Positions 36,602 through 38,078 of a stretch of DNA of 38,078 nt are shown here, one piece after another. Within the stretch, counting starts at the first letter, position 1, and each line of letters begins with the position of its first letter. A program made the position numbers and the translations under genes. Origin of the DNA: Candidatus Giovannonibacteria bacterium RIFCSPHIGHO2_02_FULL_44_11 (GTDB lineage Bacteria; Patescibacteriota; Minisyncoccia; UBA11713; 2-01-FULL-45-33); NCBI GenBank assembly GCA_001778595.1, contig MFHL01000005.1, positions 1 to 38,078 of the forward strand, given 5' to 3'. Below the pieces are notes generated by a model, which had not been told where the DNA came from, ran no database searches, and was given only the letters and a program-made list of their open reading frames with translations.

Positions 36602-37093
36602 TTATATTTTGCCGTTCAGCATGTCCTCCGCCCTGCCCGCCAATTTTACCAGAAAAGCTATGTCTTCCTTGGACATGGTGCGTGGTTGCGTGTCCTTTAT
36701 GCAAAAAACTCCTATGGGTTGTCCGCTTTCCTTTTCATGTATCGCAACACCTGCATAAAAGCGGACATACGGAGGCCCGATAACCATGGGGTTATCAGCG
36801 AACCTTTCGTCTTTTAATGTGTTTTCAACTATGAAAATATCAGCCGAAAACATGGCATGTCCGCAAAAAGAGATATCTCTTAACTCTGAAGAAGAGTGCG
36901 TGCCCTGACAGGACTTGTACCATTCTCTGTCTTCGTCTATTACCGTAATCGTAGAAATTGCAACATTAAAACGCTTGATGGCGGTATTTGTCAGCTCATC
37001 AAACCGCGCTTCTGGTGCCGTATTAAGAATCTTCAGTTTCCTTACGGCTTCGAGTCTTTTATTTTCATCCGCCGGTATCGGAGCTTTTAACAT
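36602..37093 (-). CDS. Stand-alone GAF-domain protein
   Basis: P.P.DE..RL.A...L.IL.T..E.RFD, SFCGHA, DERFADNP.V...P.VRFYAG and G.FCI.D..PR. Confidence 0.92.
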   Translation of the reverse strand: MLKAPIPADENKRLEAVRKLKILNTAPEARFDELTNTAIKRFNVAISTITVIDEDREWYKSCQGTHSSSELRDISFCGHAMFSADIFIVENTLKDERFADNPMVIGPPYVRFYAGVAIHEKESGQPIGVFCIKDTQPRTMSKEDIAFLVKLAGRAEDMLNGKI

Positions 37094-37225
37094 TTATTAA
37101 GTATACATCAATAAAGCAAAAGCTGCAAAACAGCGCCGCTATTATCGGCGCAAGCTCTTCGTGCACAATACGTTGACCGGCACAATACGGCGTGCTAATT
37201 TATTAAACAGAAACAGTGCGGCAAA

Positions 37226-37378
37226 ATGCTTTTCACGTTCGGCGTTTTAATTACTTTGTTCGGGTCGCTCGCAATGACCCTTCATAAAATAGAATTCAAA
37301 CCCGTAGCGCCCGAAATAGTCTGCTGGACCATAACACTTGCCTTGTTCCTCATATTTGAAGTCTTATTGCACAAATAA
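37226..37378 (+). CDS. Possible 50-aa two-TM protein (not in ORF track)
   Basis: MLFTFGVLITLFGSLAMTLHKIEFKPVAPEIVCWTITLALFLIFEVLLHK, followed by terminator aagcccg/cgggctt plus T tract (37400-37424). Confidence 0.45.
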   Translation: MLFTFGVLITLFGSLAMTLHKIEFKPVAPEIVCWTITLALFLIFEVLLHK

Positions 37379-37673
37379 AAATTTCTGCATTTACTCAACA
37401 AGCCCGACCGGGCTTTTTCTTTTTCAAATGGGTGCACCCATGCGGGCACACGCCATTTTTCAAAACACAAAATCCCGGCATACTCCGGGATTTATATGTG
37501 AAAAATGGGTCAGGCACTGTCCGGTCTTATAACAGTGCTTGAGGATAAAGAGTATATGGTTACTTTACGCGAAAAAATGAATAATATCAAGAAAGTTGCC
37601 AAGTTTTACAACTACGACCTCCTCCTAGCTAAAAAGTAAAACGTTGTTGCCCCTTGTCTGCCCTTGGGGCGAG

Positions 37674-37693
37674 CCTGCCTGCCGGCAGGCAGG
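37674..37693. repeat. REP-like perfect palindrome
   Basis: cctgcctgcc|ggcaggcagg. Confidence 0.85.
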
Positions 37694-37792
37694 TTTGTAT
37701 CCCGGATAGACCTTTGACACCCCTTGCGAACATAGCCCACCAGTTTGACGAAATTTGCAGAGCTTAGAACGATTTGCTTAACTTCGGAAAAG

Positions 37793-38078
37793 TTAAGCAA
37801 ATTTTATCTGAGCTTTCAATTTTTTATAGTACCGTTCTCGTTGCTTAAACTGCTTCTCCAAAAATGGAATCATTACATCACGATAATCAACGACTATTTT
37901 TTGTTCGCCAACATCTCTGAGTCGTCCCATATATTGGACTAGTTTACCTTCAAACGAAAAAGGGAATGCCAATATGAGGCAAGAAATATTGCGAATATCC
38001 AATCCTTCACCAAAAAACTGACCAGTAGAAAGAATAACCTGATAATGACCACCCTCAATCTGTTTCAATTTAGATTTT
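37793..38078 (-). CDS. C-terminal part of an SF2 (DEAD/DEAH-like) helicase, truncated by window
   Basis: Motif V GEGLDI, motif VI QYMGRL and VVDYRD. Confidence 0.85.
   Translation of the reverse strand, partial: KSKLKQIEGGHYQVILSTGQFFGEGLDIRNISCLILAFPFSFEGKLVQYMGRLRDVGEQKIVVDYRDVMIPFLEKQFKQRERYYKKLKAQIKFA

Noticed and set aside
37612..37800. 62-aa ORF containing LPAGRQ
   Set aside because: The peptide is the translation of the cctgcctgccggcaggcagg palindrome; no other coding evidence.
1..38078. Alternative genetic code (UGA=Gly) as in Gracilibacteria/Absconditabacteria
   Set aside because: Conserved genes are full length under code 11 and several end in TGA at sensible positions.

Overview
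A 38 kb chromosomal segment whose gene content and tRNA set point to a Patescibacteria/CPR (Parcubacteria-like) bacterium using standard code 11 (inference). Housekeeping-type genes include a cdaA-YbbR fusion, recG, a GT2 glycosyltransferase, ftsH, dut, htrA, glutaredoxin, trxA, mpg, a CAP protein and pduO. There are four complete tRNAs, Arg(GCG), Ile(TAT), Ala(GGC) and Arg(CCT), plus two tRNA-Ser 3' fragments. Interleaved are self-contained accessory units: prkA-yeaH-spoVR, a beta-CASP nuclease with a partner, a trans-sulfuration enzyme, a PyrB-like gene with a Zn ribbon, and a HAD/ParB-like/kinase/HD/Fic/tmk nucleotide cluster. The most striking unexplained structures are: (1) a polarised array of single-gene cassettes behind recG, separated by progressively diverged copies of the last 14 codons of recG; (2) within it, a PaaX/Cas2-like gene bracketed by two 34-bp palindromic sites with attL/attR-like geometry and no recombinase in the window; (3) a low-GC membrane-protein gene between 37-bp inverted repeats next to a tRNA remnant; (4) several nested palindromic elements inserted in frame into protein-coding genes. 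No CRISPR array, rRNA, integrase or transposase was found.
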